Shown piece by piece: positions 47,707-57,781 of a stretch of 64,000 bases of DNA. Origin of the DNA: an uncultured Verrucomicrobiae bacterium (GTDB taxonomy: Bacteria > Verrucomicrobiota > Verrucomicrobiia > Chthoniobacterales > JAFAMB01); contig CAVXLD010000001.1 in NCBI GenBank assembly GCA_963762565.1, positions 480,001 through 544,000 on the forward strand, in the 5' to 3' direction. Within the stretch, counting starts at the first letter, position 1. Each line of letters opens with the position of its first letter. The translations under genes and the position numbers were made by a program. The notes beneath the pieces were generated by a model, which was not told the DNA's origin, ran no database searches, and saw nothing but the letters and a program-made list of their open reading frames with translations.

Positions 47707-49854
47707 ATGCAAGGTCTACTCAAAACCTTGGGTCGAAGTTATTCGGCCCATCTAGTCGGGGGCGTCGTCAATCGGCGCCGTTTGGGAAGTCTGGCCCTTG
47801 GTGGACTCGCCTCTGCGTCACTCCTGTTAAGCTCGGGAGCTGCGTTTGCGGCGCTGTCAACCTTCAGCCTGAACCCATTAGTTTCTAAATCAACCTTGGT
47901 CTCACCAACGGATGACAGCAAAATAATCGGTGTGGGTCTCTCCATACCGTCTTCCGACCCAGCGGGTTTGAAGGCGTTTGTCGACCACGTCTCCACTCCA
48001 GGTGATGCGATGTTCCACAAATTTATCACTTCTGATGAATTTGCGGCCAGGTTCGGCGGTAATGCGGCAGACTATCAATCCCTGAAAGATTGGGCGGCCA
48101 AAAACGGGCTGACCATCTCCCAGGAATCGAAGGCCCGCAACCTGCTAACCGTACGCGGTACTGTGGCCACCTTTAATCGGCTCTTCCAGACGCAGATTAA
48201 TAACTACAAGACGAGCGACGGCGTGACCTTCTATTCGGCTGGCATCAAGCCGATAGTTCCTACCGAGCTCGCTTCAAAAGTACAGGCCGTGATCGGTCTA
48301 ACCTCCGGCAAACCGATCGCCGCACAGGCGAAAGTTGGCAAGGCGCTGGGTGAAAATCCGGCGGCGAATTCCGCTCTTAAACCAGCGGATAGAGCCGAAG
48401 CTTTAGGAACGGGCCCGGGTGGAACCTATGGTCCTGAGGACCTGCGAACCGCCTACTCGATCCCGACCTGGGGCAAACTCGAACCCGGTCAGGTGATGGG
48501 CATATTCGAGCAAGGGTATTACAATCCTAAAGACGTCGATTTTTACAATACGCACTTCAAAGCTGGGTCGCATATCAAACAGACGGCCGTGTCTGTTGAC
48601 GGCTCTCCAATTACGCTGGAAGGCGCGATTGAGCTCGAAGCTTGCCTCGACGTCGACATGATCATCGCCGCGAACCCATCGGTGGCCGAAGTTATCGTCT
48701 ATATTGACGATTACACCTATGATCCGTTCGACGTAGCGATCACGGACGCTTACACCGCGATTGCTGACGCTAACGTAGTCTCAGTCGTTAGCGCCTCCTA
48801 CGGCGAAGATGAACAAGCGTTCATTGACGACGGAACGGAATCGGCCTTAGACACTGCCTTGCAGGAGGTAGCAGCTGTAGGTATCTCCTCGTTCGCCAGC
48901 TCTGGTGACGATGGTGCTTACGGCGACGGGTACAACTTTCCGTACAACGTCGAAAACCCAGGTACCGATCCCTACAACACCTCTGTCGGCGGTACCGAGT
49001 TGTTGACCACCAAGGGCGAGAATTATGAGTTCGAGTACGTCTACAACGAGTTCCCGTACTATGGCGGATCCGGTGGCGGTATCAGTGTTAACTGGACCCA
49101 ACCGGCCTATCAAAACTATCCGTACACGGGCTACACCGCCGGAAACGGTGGCTCTACTACCATGCGGAACGTTCCGGATGTGGCCGCGGAGGCCGGTGTA
49201 TTGACTGGCGTTGCGGTCTATGTCAGCGACCAAGGTGGTTGGTTCCAAGTTGGTGGTACCAGTGTCGCCAGCCCGCTCTGGGCCGGTTACCTGACCAACA
49301 TCAACGCCGCCTTCCATTATGTGGGTCTGCCAAACGTTGGGCAATTTAACCCGGTGTTGTATACCGTCGGGCTCAACCAAGGTGGTACGCCAGCTGACTA
49401 TATGTATGACATCGTGAACGGTAACAACGGTTACATTCCGTTCTACGGTTCTGCCTACCCTGGCTACTACGCGGGGTTCGGTTATAGCAACTGCACCGGT
49501 AACGGTTCAATCTGGGGTGGCGGGTTCGGCGTCCAGATGTTGCTCTCCGGTAAACAGGCGGGTACCCCTCCTGGGTCGTTCACAGTTACGCCCAAGGCAA
49601 CCAAGACACCGTTCTATAGCTATACGATTAAGTGGACCCCATCCAGCGGTGCGTCGGGCTACGGGATCGCCTTGTATCATTCCGGCGCGTTGTACAACAA
49701 CGCAATCGGCTATGTCGCAAACGGGTCGACTGTGAAGTATACGTTCTATGGCTTGACCGCGAGCACCTTCTACTACGTCTACATGTGGGGCTTCAATGCC
49801 AGCGGTGGATCGCCTTACGCCACCACCAGCTTCACGACCGCAAAACTTCCGTAA
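47707..49854 (+). CDS. S53 (sedolisin/kumamolisin) peptidase with prodomain and C-terminal Fn3-like domain
   Basis: EACLD, SSGDDG, VGGT, RNVPDV, GGTSVASP, DIVNGNN. Confidence 0.92.
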   Translation: MQGLLKTLGRSYSAHLVGGVVNRRRLGSLALGGLASASLLLSSGAAFAALSTFSLNPLVSKSTLVSPTDDSKIIGVGLSIPSSDPAGLKAFVDHVSTPGDAMFHKFITSDEFAARFGGNAADYQSLKDWAAKNGLTISQESKARNLLTVRGTVATFNRLFQTQINNYKTSDGVTFYSAGIKPIVPTELASKVQAVIGLTSGKPIAAQAKVGKALGENPAANSALKPADRAEALGTGPGGTYGPEDLRTAYSIPTWGKLEPGQVMGIFEQGYYNPKDVDFYNTHFKAGSHIKQTAVSVDGSPITLEGAIELEACLDVDMIIAANPSVAEVIVYIDDYTYDPFDVAITDAYTAIADANVVSVVSASYGEDEQAFIDDGTESALDTALQEVAAVGISSFASSGDDGAYGDGYNFPYNVENPGTDPYNTSVGGTELLTTKGENYEFEYVYNEFPYYGGSGGGISVNWTQPAYQNYPYTGYTAGNGGSTTMRNVPDVAAEAGVLTGVAVYVSDQGGWFQVGGTSVASPLWAGYLTNINAAFHYVGLPNVGQFNPVLYTVGLNQGGTPADYMYDIVNGNNGYIPFYGSAYPGYYAGFGYSNCTGNGSIWGGGFGVQMLLSGKQAGTPPGSFTVTPKATKTPFYSYTIKWTPSSGASGYGIALYHSGALYNNAIGYVANGSTVKYTFYGLTASTFYYVYMWGFNASGGSPYATTSFTTAKLP

Positions 49855-49903
49855 CCGGTCCTGAGCTGAGCGTCGTAACTCCGTAGATTAAGGAAACCTA
49901 ACC

Positions 49904-49945
49904 TCCGGCAACCCTGAAGCTTTCGGGGTTGCCGGACTTTTTTTT
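49904..49945 (+). terminator. Intrinsic terminator
   Basis: tccggcaaccctgaa/ttcggggttgccgga stem followed by a T-run. Confidence 0.85.
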
Positions 49946-50137
49946 GGGGGGCCTGGTTGGCCACGATAGGCTCTTTCGTTCTCGTCCTCCACTCCGGCGA
50001 TTTGGTCGCGGCTACGGCGCCAATTGGGCAGAAGCCCGTTCAGCAAGCCACAAAATGCGAACGGCAGGTCATCATCCAGACAACCTGCCGTGACTATTTA
50101 TTTGCGGATCTTTGGCAAACGTCCGCGACGTTCAGGC

Positions 50138-51427
50138 TTAATCTGCAGGAAGGCTCTTAGGAATCACCCCGGGCTTGAACATGTCGGATAGATCCGTGGT
50201 ACCATCGAGAGTAGGATTCGCCGCATCATTCAAGAAACCACTGGGTGTATTCGCTCTCAGCCCGAATACTTTCTGCCAAGTGGCCAGATCCGAGGAGTGC
50301 GTGTAATCCTTCGAACTCGCGTAAGCATGCCCCTTAGCCAGATGCGAAATCACAATCAGGTTAATTGTGTGGGCGAAATCGTTCTTAAAGCCTTCGCTTT
50401 CATCCATCCAAATGACAATGACGCCGTTATTCCGATACGCCTCCGAGGCCATAATTTCAGGAATGACGATGGAGAGAAAGTGATCGCCTTCCGCAATCGA
50501 CGCCAAGTCGCTCCTGTAATGAACCCCCTGATAGACAAAGCCGCCCGCCAGGTAGGAATGCATGTCGTTGTACTCGTCCGGCGTAATCAAGTTGTACCGG
50601 GCGACGGTATTGTTCTGTAGGTCCGTAAATAGCTGCTGTAGCGGGGCGTAATGTTTCACCTTCTTGTTAGTGGTCCCGGTGTTATCGCCACCATTGGTAT
50701 CCGGGAAAAACAAGGTACCATCATGTTTGCAGGCAAAACTGTATTCATCGCTACCGTTAAACTCGTTCGTGTAATTGGGCGACGTCCCGCTGAAGGTTGC
50801 CAGGGGAACTGTCCAGAGGGACTTCGGAGCCACATTGCTGGTAGGAGCCCCTCCCAAATTAGCATTGCCGCCGTCCGTGTTCAGCAAATCGATATCCTCC
50901 TGGTAAGCCTTCCAGGTAAGTCCCACGGATTCCATCAATCCGGTCAAATGTTCCCCCGTTACGGTCGGGTTTGCCGCCAAATAGACCTGTATGGCCGGAA
51001 CTGAAGGATCGACGGCCGCGTACGGATCGTTGTCATTGAAAATGCCCAAGTTGGATCCCGCCTCTTGCCAGATATAGTTTGGCTCGGAAGGATGGATGCT
51101 GGGGTTTTTGCCGCTCGGGGTAGCAAGCGCGTTGTGATAAGCAGTCGCGTACGACGCTTCGTCCGAGTTGCTGTTTCCGGGTGTGACGAAGCTATTGAGA
51201 TAGGGAGCCGCCGGGCATTGGTAGAGCTGGTGTGGAGTTTTCTCACTGGCCGGCTGGGTCCAGTTATGATTTTCCAACTCGATATAAAACACGGCGCCGA
51301 TTTGTTTTTCAGGATTTACATCCTGCCCAAAGACTGTCGAAAAAAAGCACGTTGCCGAACAAGCGCTCGCAATTACACCAAGAATATTGCGGGCTGTCCC
51401 GATCGTGCGGAAGTTGATCGGAAGCAT
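50138..51427 (-). CDS. Secreted phosphoesterase (phospholipase C/acid phosphatase family)
   Basis: YIELENH, HPSEPNY, KH, ITPDEYNDMH, WMDE, YTHSS. Confidence 0.85.
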   Translation of the reverse strand: MLPINFRTIGTARNILGVIASACSATCFFSTVFGQDVNPEKQIGAVFYIELENHNWTQPASEKTPHQLYQCPAAPYLNSFVTPGNSNSDEASYATAYHNALATPSGKNPSIHPSEPNYIWQEAGSNLGIFNDNDPYAAVDPSVPAIQVYLAANPTVTGEHLTGLMESVGLTWKAYQEDIDLLNTDGGNANLGGAPTSNVAPKSLWTVPLATFSGTSPNYTNEFNGSDEYSFACKHDGTLFFPDTNGGDNTGTTNKKVKHYAPLQQLFTDLQNNTVARYNLITPDEYNDMHSYLAGGFVYQGVHYRSDLASIAEGDHFLSIVIPEIMASEAYRNNGVIVIWMDESEGFKNDFAHTINLIVISHLAKGHAYASSKDYTHSSDLATWQKVFGLRANTPSGFLNDAANPTLDGTTDLSDMFKPGVIPKSLPAD

Positions 51428-51592
51428 AGGGTTATCTTTTGTGTGTGGAGGGTTATTCAGGGTATCGCTGAGAGAAGTGTCGTCATGTTACGTTTTAGTC
51501 ACACAACCACAGTGGGCATTTGCTCGAGTCGGATTCCCTGGGCAGTTCGACTCTCAAAGACTCTCAAGGCGATTCTAGAAGGTGATTTTTGA

Positions 51593-52715
51593 AGGGTCAC
51601 GTCTTAACAAACAACTATTCTGGTCTTGACATCGTCACTTTCTGAACCCTAAGAGATCGGTGCTATGGCCCGGCCGACGAGATTGGATATTGCGGGGGGA
51701 TGGTACCACGTGGCGAATCGAGGTATCGAACGAAAGACCATCTTCCGAGGCCGCTCGGGGTACGAACACTTTATTGAGCTGATCAGTACGCTACCCCGGC
51801 GGTTCGGTTTGCGAGTGCACGCCTACGTGCTCATGCCCGATCACTATCATCTACAGATCGAAACGCCCAAGGCCAATCTGAGCCGGGCCATCCAGTGGCT
51901 GAACGTCAGCTATAGCATCTGGTTCAATAAGAAGCATCAGCGGGTCGGGCCGCTGTTTCAGGGTAGATTCAAGGCCATCCTGCACAATTGCTCCAGCCAC
52001 GCCCCAACCATTAACAAGTATATTCATCTTAATCCGGTTCGGGTGTGGCGCTCGGGTGGTCACGAGCGCCGGGCGGGTGCTTCGGACCAAGCAACTGCGG
52101 CCAAGCGCGGTGCTGCCCGAGTGGAAGCTCTGCGCGCGTACTCCTGGAGTTCATACCACTATTACAACGGCGAAGAGCGAGCTCCGCTCTGGCTGACCAC
52201 TCAGACCGTACTGGAGCTACTAGAGCCAGGCAGAAGAGCCACCACCCAGACGGCGGCCTATCGCCGAGAATTGGAACGGGCTGCAGCCGCGGATCAATTG
52301 GAAACGGATTGGAAGACTGAGCTCAAAGCCAGCCTGCTGCTTGGGTCAAGCGACTTTGTGGGGCGAATGAAAAAACGGCTGAGCGGTGATCGCCGTGAAC
52401 AGACGGCGTTAAGGAAGGCAAGCCAAGGGGCCTTAAGCTGGAATCGGATTACAGCGGCGGTAAGTCAGCTTTGGGACCAGGATTGGGAATTGTTGCGCAC
52501 GAGTTACGGTACCGGCGCCCTGGCGGCGGCGCTCTACTTGGCGCGTAATCACTCCGACCAGACCCTACGCGAACTAGGCGCCCTAGCCGGCGGGATGCAA
52601 TACCCTGCTGTAACCATGGCCATTCGTCGTTTTACCAACCGATTAAAAACCGATAAGACCTTGGCCGTAAAGGTAAAACAGTTGGAGAGAATGTTGCAAA
52701 TTAAGACGTGACCCT
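51593..52715 (+). mobile_element. Y1 transposase element bounded by terminal inverted repeats (TIRYT-like)
   Basis: Perfect 15-bp IR AGGGTCACGTCTTAA at 51593-51607 and 52701-52715. Confidence 0.75.
51665..52711 (+). CDS. HUH/Y1 transposase (IS200/RAYT family) with C-terminal HTH-like extension
   Basis: YHVANRG, AYVLMPDHYHL (HUH), GPLFQGRF, YIHLNPVR, YSWSSY. Confidence 0.92.
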   Translation: MARPTRLDIAGGWYHVANRGIERKTIFRGRSGYEHFIELISTLPRRFGLRVHAYVLMPDHYHLQIETPKANLSRAIQWLNVSYSIWFNKKHQRVGPLFQGRFKAILHNCSSHAPTINKYIHLNPVRVWRSGGHERRAGASDQATAAKRGAARVEALRAYSWSSYHYYNGEERAPLWLTTQTVLELLEPGRRATTQTAAYRRELERAAAADQLETDWKTELKASLLLGSSDFVGRMKKRLSGDRREQTALRKASQGALSWNRITAAVSQLWDQDWELLRTSYGTGALAAALYLARNHSDQTLRELGALAGGMQYPAVTMAIRRFTNRLKTDKTLAVKVKQLERMLQIKT

Positions 52716-52728
52716 GGTGGTACGGTCT

Positions 52729-53002
52729 CTCGCAAGCGAGGCAGTGCTCCACGGGCGGCAAGCCCTCTCGGCCTCGCGAGCGAGGCAGCGCTCCACGAGT
52801 GGCGACCCCTTTCGGCCTCGCAAGCGAGGCAACGCTCCACGGGTGCCGACCGCCTCGGCCTCGCAAGCGAGGCAACGCTCCACGGGTGCCGACCGCCTCG
52901 GCCTCGCGAGCGAGGCAGCGCTCCACGGGTGCCGACCGCCTCGGCCTCGCTAACTGTCGCGCCGCAGGCCTTGCGAAGGCGGAAGCGAGGCAGCGCCCCA
53001 CG
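52729..53002. repeat. Tandem array of about six 43-44-bp units containing the family C REP
   Basis: ctcgc(a/g)agcgaggca(a/g)cgctccacg repeated head to tail; other copies at 17543, 17702, 34056, 54771. Confidence 0.9.
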
Positions 53003-53049
53003 GTGTGGGCCCAGTTGCGGTCAAAAAGATTCGATGCGATAGGCTGCGC

Positions 53050-53400
53050 ATGCAGTCGCTTTTGGCTATTTTACAGCTTGCCGCGGTCGAAGTGAACGCT
53101 TGGAAGATTATCGGCTGGACCGGTAATTTGATCTTTGGGCTCCGGTTTGTTTGGCAATGGATCGCTTCAGAGAGAGCCAAGAAAAGCATTATTCCCCCGG
53201 GTTTTTGGGAGATTAGCTTGTTGGGTAGTATGATCTACACGAGCTATTTTATCTTTTATCGTCATGACTCAGTAGGCATCATTTCCAACCTCTTGCCTCT
53301 CCCGCTGTATGCGCGGAATGTATTCTTGCATTGGCGCCACGCACGGATCCATAAGAAAGAAGCGGAATCGGCCAAGGAAGCCGATTCAGTGGTGGATTAA
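53050..53400 (+). CDS. Lipid A biosynthesis N-terminal (LAB_N) domain protein
   Basis: IGWTGNLIFGLRFVWQWIASERAKKSIIP..FW..SL. Confidence 0.85.
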   Translation: MQSLLAILQLAAVEVNAWKIIGWTGNLIFGLRFVWQWIASERAKKSIIPPGFWEISLLGSMIYTSYFIFYRHDSVGIISNLLPLPLYARNVFLHWRHARIHKKEAESAKEADSVVD

Positions 53401-53606
53401 GAACCGCGAATGAACACGAAGGGACCTGAAGGGAAACCAAACCACAGATGGAAAAGCATAAGTCGACGTTAACCTGCGTACATCTGCGCCCGCCCGCCAT
53501 AGCTTTAGCGACGGCTGGTTAATCTGCGGTTGGACTTAATTTCTCTTTGTTTTCGCGTTTATTCGCGCCCATTCGCGGGCTAAATTTTAGTTAGGGCTGA
53601 TCCTTT

Positions 53607-54758
53607 ATGATTTACCTCGATAACAACGCAACCACGGCCGTCGACCCGCAAGTGTTGGACGCGATGCTGCCGTACTTGAAGGAACAATACGGCAACCCGT
53701 CCAGCGCGTACACTTTTGGGAAAAAGGTGGCTCGGGCAATCGACCATGCTCGGGAGCAGGTGGCGGCTCTGCTGCACTGTGACCCAGCCGAGATCGTTTT
53801 CACCAGCTGTGGCACTGAATCGGACAATAGCGCGATCCAATCGGCCCTGCTGATCGATCGGGACCGCAAACATATCGTAACCAGCAAAGTGGAACATAGC
53901 GCGGTTCTGAAGCACGCTGAGGCGCTCGCCCGTCGTGGCTACGAAATTACTTTGCTCGATGTGGATGAGAACGGCCTCCTTGATCTTTCCGCGCTGGAAG
54001 AGGCGATTCGACCAGATACGGCCGTTGTTTCGTTGATGTGGGCTAACAATGAAACCGGGGTGCTTTTCCCGATTGAGGAAGTCGCGGCCATTTGCCAACG
54101 CCAACAGACGATCTTTCATACCGACGCCGTGCAAGCGGTTGGGAAGATACCCATCGATCTTCAGTCCGGCGCAATTCAATTTCTGTCGCTATCAGGACAC
54201 AAACTGCATGCTCCCAAAGGAGTTGGTGTGCTTTATGTGAACCGGCGCACGCGGTTTAATCCTTTTCTGATCGGAGGCAGCCAAGAGCAAAAACGTCGGG
54301 GAGGCACACACAACACCGCCTCGATCGTGGCACTCGGGAAAGCGGCGGAATTGGCGGCGGAATATCTGCCCGAAGAAAGCAATCGGGTTAAACATTTGCG
54401 GGATCAGTTTGAGCAAGAAGTTTTTACCCGAATCTCCGGCGTTCAGCTTAATGGAGACCGTGAGCACCGCCTTCCGAATACGGCGAACATCGCCATTGAC
54501 GGGGCCGATTCAGAAGGACTGTTAATGTTGCTCGACCAGAAGGGGGTCTGTTGTTCGGCAGGTTCAGCTTGTACCGCCGGTTCACTGGAGCCGTCTCACG
54601 TGCTGAAGGCCATGGGTTTCTCGACGGAGCGCGCGCGAGCTAGCCTACGATTCTCCTTTGGGCGGTTTAATACTGAGGAAGATGTCTCCTCCGCGGCCGG
54701 GATTTTAGCGACCGCGGTGGAAAGGGTCCGCTCAGCGAACCGGGTTGCGGTCGGATAA
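53607..54758 (+). CDS. Cysteine desulfurase (IscS/NifS group)
   Basis: YLDNNATT, NNETG, HTDAVQ, SGHK, SAGSAC. Confidence 0.95.
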   Translation: MIYLDNNATTAVDPQVLDAMLPYLKEQYGNPSSAYTFGKKVARAIDHAREQVAALLHCDPAEIVFTSCGTESDNSAIQSALLIDRDRKHIVTSKVEHSAVLKHAEALARRGYEITLLDVDENGLLDLSALEEAIRPDTAVVSLMWANNETGVLFPIEEVAAICQRQQTIFHTDAVQAVGKIPIDLQSGAIQFLSLSGHKLHAPKGVGVLYVNRRTRFNPFLIGGSQEQKRRGGTHNTASIVALGKAAELAAEYLPEESNRVKHLRDQFEQEVFTRISGVQLNGDREHRLPNTANIAIDGADSEGLLMLLDQKGVCCSAGSACTAGSLEPSHVLKAMGFSTERARASLRFSFGRFNTEEDVSSAAGILATAVERVRSANRVAVG

Positions 54759-54827
54759 GGGGCCGCCGCCCGTGGAGCGCTGCCTTGCGAAGGCGGAAGC
54801 GAGGCAACGCTCCACGGGTGGCGACCC

Positions 54828-56261
54828 CTACACCACAAAAAGATCCATGAAATCGTCGACGGGTGTATCCAGGAGCCGCGCTGAATCCGCGAAAAGCGAC
54901 AGGATACGGTCGGAGTTTTTTTCTGAGATTCTGTTTCGCAAACTTTTCTCGAACTTCTCGAACAACAGTGGCTCACCCTCTTTTCTCCGGCGAGGATGGC
55001 CGATCGGATATTCTACTACGACCTTTTCGCTGGCGGAACCGTCTTGGAAAAAAACCTGAACTGAGTTCCCGATCGAACGTTTGTCGGGGTCTAGATAGTC
55101 CCGGCTGAACTCAAGGTTTTCAACGACGTCCATTTTTTGGCGGAGAACATCGATCCGCGGATCGGCTGCAGCAGCATTTTCGTAGTCTTCGGCGGTCAGT
55201 TGTCCATGAATCAGGGGAACTGCGACCATGTATTGAATACAATGATCGCGATCCGCCGGGTTGTTCAAAGGGCCGGCCTTATCAATGATGCGTTTGCCAG
55301 ATTCTTGCGTTTCAATCACGACTTTAGAAATCTGATCCAGACGTCCCTTAGTCCGATCGTAGAGTTGCAAGGCCGCTTCTACGGCCGTTTGCGCATGGAA
55401 TTCCGCCGGGAAAGAGATCTTAAATAGGACGTGTCGGATCACATAGGACCCAAGGGGCTGTGCCAGCTGAATCGGTTTGCCGTCGAACAGAACATCTTGA
55501 AATCCCCAACGCGGCGCGGTCAAAGCGCTTGAGTAACCCATCTCGCCGCGAAGCGCCTGTAGACCATGGAAAACGGCGCGAGAGGTAGCGTCACCTGCAG
55601 CCCAGCTTTTCCTTGAACCCGTGTTAGGGGCATGTCGATAGGTCCGGAGCGCACCGCCATCGATAAAAGCGTTTGAAATGGCGTTGATAACCTCGGCCCG
55701 AGAACCGCCTAACAGTCTGGTAATGACGGCAGTAGAGGCGACCCGCACCAGGAGCACGTGATCCAGCCCCGCCCGGTTGAAACTGTGGGAAAGCGCTAAC
55801 ACTCCCTGAATCTCATAGGCTTGGACCGCCGCTCTTAATAGGTCGCGGATTGTCAAGGGATGAGACTTGGTGTCACCCGACCGGTTTAGATAATCGGCAA
55901 CAGCCAGGATTCCGCCGAAGTTGTCGGATGGGTGGCCCCACTCCGCAGCGAGCCAGGTGTCATTAAAGTCTAGCCAGCGGATCATCGCGCCGATATTGAA
56001 CGCCGCCCGAACCGGCTCGAGCTGGTAGGACGTGCCAGGCACCCGGGCGCCACCGGATAACACCGCTCCCGGAACGATCGGTCCTAAGAGTTTGGTGCAA
56101 GCGGGATAAGAGAGCGCCTGCAAGGCACAGCCGAGGCTATCCATCAGACAAAGCTGGGCCACCGATTCAGCTTCAGGGTCGACCGGCGACACGCTCAAAA
56201 CATAATCCGCGATTTGCTGGAGCAGAATATCCTCAGGGGGACGGTTCGAAGACGGATTCAT
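54828..56261 (-). CDS. prpD: 2-methylcitrate dehydratase
   Basis: RWLDFNDTWLAAEWGHPSDN, FKISFPAEFHAQTA, ADRDHCIQYM. Confidence 0.95.
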   Translation of the reverse strand: MNPSSNRPPEDILLQQIADYVLSVSPVDPEAESVAQLCLMDSLGCALQALSYPACTKLLGPIVPGAVLSGGARVPGTSYQLEPVRAAFNIGAMIRWLDFNDTWLAAEWGHPSDNFGGILAVADYLNRSGDTKSHPLTIRDLLRAAVQAYEIQGVLALSHSFNRAGLDHVLLVRVASTAVITRLLGGSRAEVINAISNAFIDGGALRTYRHAPNTGSRKSWAAGDATSRAVFHGLQALRGEMGYSSALTAPRWGFQDVLFDGKPIQLAQPLGSYVIRHVLFKISFPAEFHAQTAVEAALQLYDRTKGRLDQISKVVIETQESGKRIIDKAGPLNNPADRDHCIQYMVAVPLIHGQLTAEDYENAAAADPRIDVLRQKMDVVENLEFSRDYLDPDKRSIGNSVQVFFQDGSASEKVVVEYPIGHPRRRKEGEPLLFEKFEKSLRNRISEKNSDRILSLFADSARLLDTPVDDFMDLFVV

Positions 56262-56465
56262 CGTTAGAAATATCCGCAGATTGCTCGGGCCCCACAAGAC
56301 GCTTCGTTACAAAAGCCTCGCGCAGAGGTGGCAGAGGACGCAAAGGCGAAGACAAAAATTTCGGGGTGGTCCAGCGTTCGCCACCACCGATCGCGATCAA
56401 GACGTCGCCCAAATAAAAGCCGTGCTCGGATCAGTCACGTTGGATTTCAGCCACACCGTGGGCCC

Positions 56466-56560
56466 GGCTCGGCGGGTGTGTCGGACCGGCAAACGAAATC
56501 TTCTTTCAAAATCGCAGCCCCTGGAAGGCCGCCTAGACCGTGCGGGAGCCTCGCCCCACC
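56466..56560 (-). repeat. Family B REP with a 70-bp loop insert
   Basis: ggctcggcg ... ggagcctcgccccacc. Confidence 0.65.
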
Positions 56561-56644
56561 AGCTATGAGTTCTGTATAATCTGCGTCCGTTACCTCCGCG
56601 TCCGCTGCGCCCTCTGCGCGAGGCTTATCTTACCGTGTTTGGGG

Positions 56645-57775
56645 CTAGCGCTTTTCGATCGGGACGAAGGGCCGGAGCTCGGGGCCGACGTAATCAGCAT
56701 TCGGGCGAATCAGTTTGTTATTCGCTCGTTGCTCCTGGATGTGGGCTGACCACCCCGAGATTCGTGCCATTACGAAGAGCGGAGTGAAATGGGCCGTTGG
56801 AATATCGAGAAAATGATAGGCGATGGCGCTAGAAAAATCGACGTTTGCAAACAGCTTCTTCTCTTCCTTCATCACGACCTCGATCTCGTCCGCAACCTCA
56901 AAAAGATAACCATCTGGCGCCGATTTAGCTAAGCGCTCTGACCAGCCTTTAGCGATCGGGTGGCGAGGATCACTGTGCTTGTAGACGGCGTGCCCAAAGC
57001 CCATGATTTTCTGTTTAGCCGCTAGCATCGCGAGCACGGCAGCTCGGGCCTCTTTTCGGATCTTAAATCTTTGGATCAACTCCATCGCGGCCTCATTGGC
57101 ACCGCCGTGCAACGGTCCTCGCAAGGTGCCAATGCCGGCCGTAACACAGGAATAGAAATCTGACAGGGTGGCTGCACAGACGCGGCAAGCAAAGGTTGAC
57201 GCGTTAAACTCATGTTCAGCGTAGAGGATCAGCGAGGTATCCAAGGCCCGCCGCGACGCCTCGCTCGGCGAATCCCCATGTAAAAGGGTCAGATAATGTC
57301 CCGCCAACGAATTAGCATCGTCGTCCGTAGCAATACGTTCACCTTTGTGAGAGAAATGATACCAATAAGCAAGGGCGGAAGGAAAGACGCTCATCAATCG
57401 CTCCGAAACTTCTTTTTGGATGGCAAAACTCGTCTCGGGTTCAAGCGATCCCAGGAAGGAACAGGCGGTGCGCAGCACATCCATTGGGTGCGCGTCTGCC
57501 GGGATCAATTCGAGAAGCTTTCTTAACGCATCCGGAAGCTGTCGTTTCTGCTTTAGCCTAAGGCGAAACGCATCCAGCTCGGGCTGGGCCGGGAGCGCGC
57601 CGTGGATCAGCAAATACGCAACCTCTTCGAAGGAGGAGTGGGCGGCTAGTTCCTCAATGGCATACCCACGGTACGTTAAACCGACTCCTTCTTTCCCGAC
57701 TGTCGCGATGTCGGTTGTGCCAACGGCTTGCCCGCGTAAACCGGTGGTTGCTGGGGGGACTTTGGCAGTGCTCAT
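56645..57775 (-). CDS. prpC: 2-methylcitrate synthase
   Basis: LYAEHEFNAST, GPLHGGANE, GFGH, NVDF; located between prpB and prpD. Confidence 0.92.
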   Translation of the reverse strand: MSTAKVPPATTGLRGQAVGTTDIATVGKEGVGLTYRGYAIEELAAHSSFEEVAYLLIHGALPAQPELDAFRLRLKQKRQLPDALRKLLELIPADAHPMDVLRTACSFLGSLEPETSFAIQKEVSERLMSVFPSALAYWYHFSHKGERIATDDDANSLAGHYLTLLHGDSPSEASRRALDTSLILYAEHEFNASTFACRVCAATLSDFYSCVTAGIGTLRGPLHGGANEAAMELIQRFKIRKEARAAVLAMLAAKQKIMGFGHAVYKHSDPRHPIAKGWSERLAKSAPDGYLFEVADEIEVVMKEEKKLFANVDFSSAIAYHFLDIPTAHFTPLFVMARISGWSAHIQEQRANNKLIRPNADYVGPELRPFVPIEKR

Positions 57776-57781
57776 GCTCTT

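Noticed and set aside
52729..53002. CRISPR array
   Set aside because: Linkers are under 20 bp and several are identical, the unit also occurs dispersed and inverted, and there are no cas genes.
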